DNA of 57,941 nucleotides from Candidatus Colwellbacteria bacterium CG10_big_fil_rev_8_21_14_0_10_42_22 (GTDB taxonomy: Bacteria > Patescibacteriota > Minisyncoccia > UBA6257 > Colwellbacteraceae), in contig PFAH01000010.1 of NCBI GenBank assembly GCA_002773725.1, forward strand, positions 1 through 57,941, read 5' to 3'. The notes below the pieces were generated by a model that did no database searches, was not told the origin of the DNA, and saw nothing but the letters and a program-made list of their open reading frames with translations. A program made the position numbers and the translations under genes. Shown here piece after piece: positions 57,912-57,941 of this stretch. Numbering within the stretch: the first letter of the stretch is position 1; the number at the start of each line of letters is the position of its first letter.

Positions 57912-57941
57912 TTTTGCTCACCTCCTTTCTTTGATGTGCGG

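Overview
A ~58 kb chromosomal window from a small-genome bacterium, most likely Patescibacteria/CPR (Parcubacteria-like; inferred from a short Tsf, short hinge-less SMC, PheT and ThrS lacking N-terminal domains, no rplA beside rplK or rplJ, no rimM, and SD-less/leaderless core genes). The backbone is housekeeping: grpE-dnaK-X-dnaJ, cysS-dnaB-recR, rplU, mraZ-rsmH-ftsL-ftsI, rpmG-rplJ-rplL, murC, rpsB-tsf, rpsP-khpA-trmD, rnhB-rpmF-nusB-rnc-smc, dnaE-thrS-miaA, gatB, secE-nusG-rplK, metK (behind a SAM-I riboswitch), gyrB, pheS-pheT and five tRNAs. Three layers are not explained by the housekeeping annotation. (1) About 11 GC-rich orphan genes, arranged as stand-alone units with their own sigma70 promoter, strong Shine-Dalgarno and terminator, some sharing identical or near-identical 3' ends, in a chromosome whose core genes lack SD sites. 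(2) A translationally coupled cytidylyltransferase-like / extended dCMP deaminase / thyA operon flanked by folA and two HIT paralogs. (3) Short palindromic (REP/MITE-like) elements that sit inside a tRNA-Tyr duplicate, inside another REP, in-frame in metK and grpE, against -35 boxes, and in the pheT start codon, which the element regenerates. No CRISPR array, integrase, transposase or reverse transcriptase is visible. All calls are by eye from motifs; no database searches were run.
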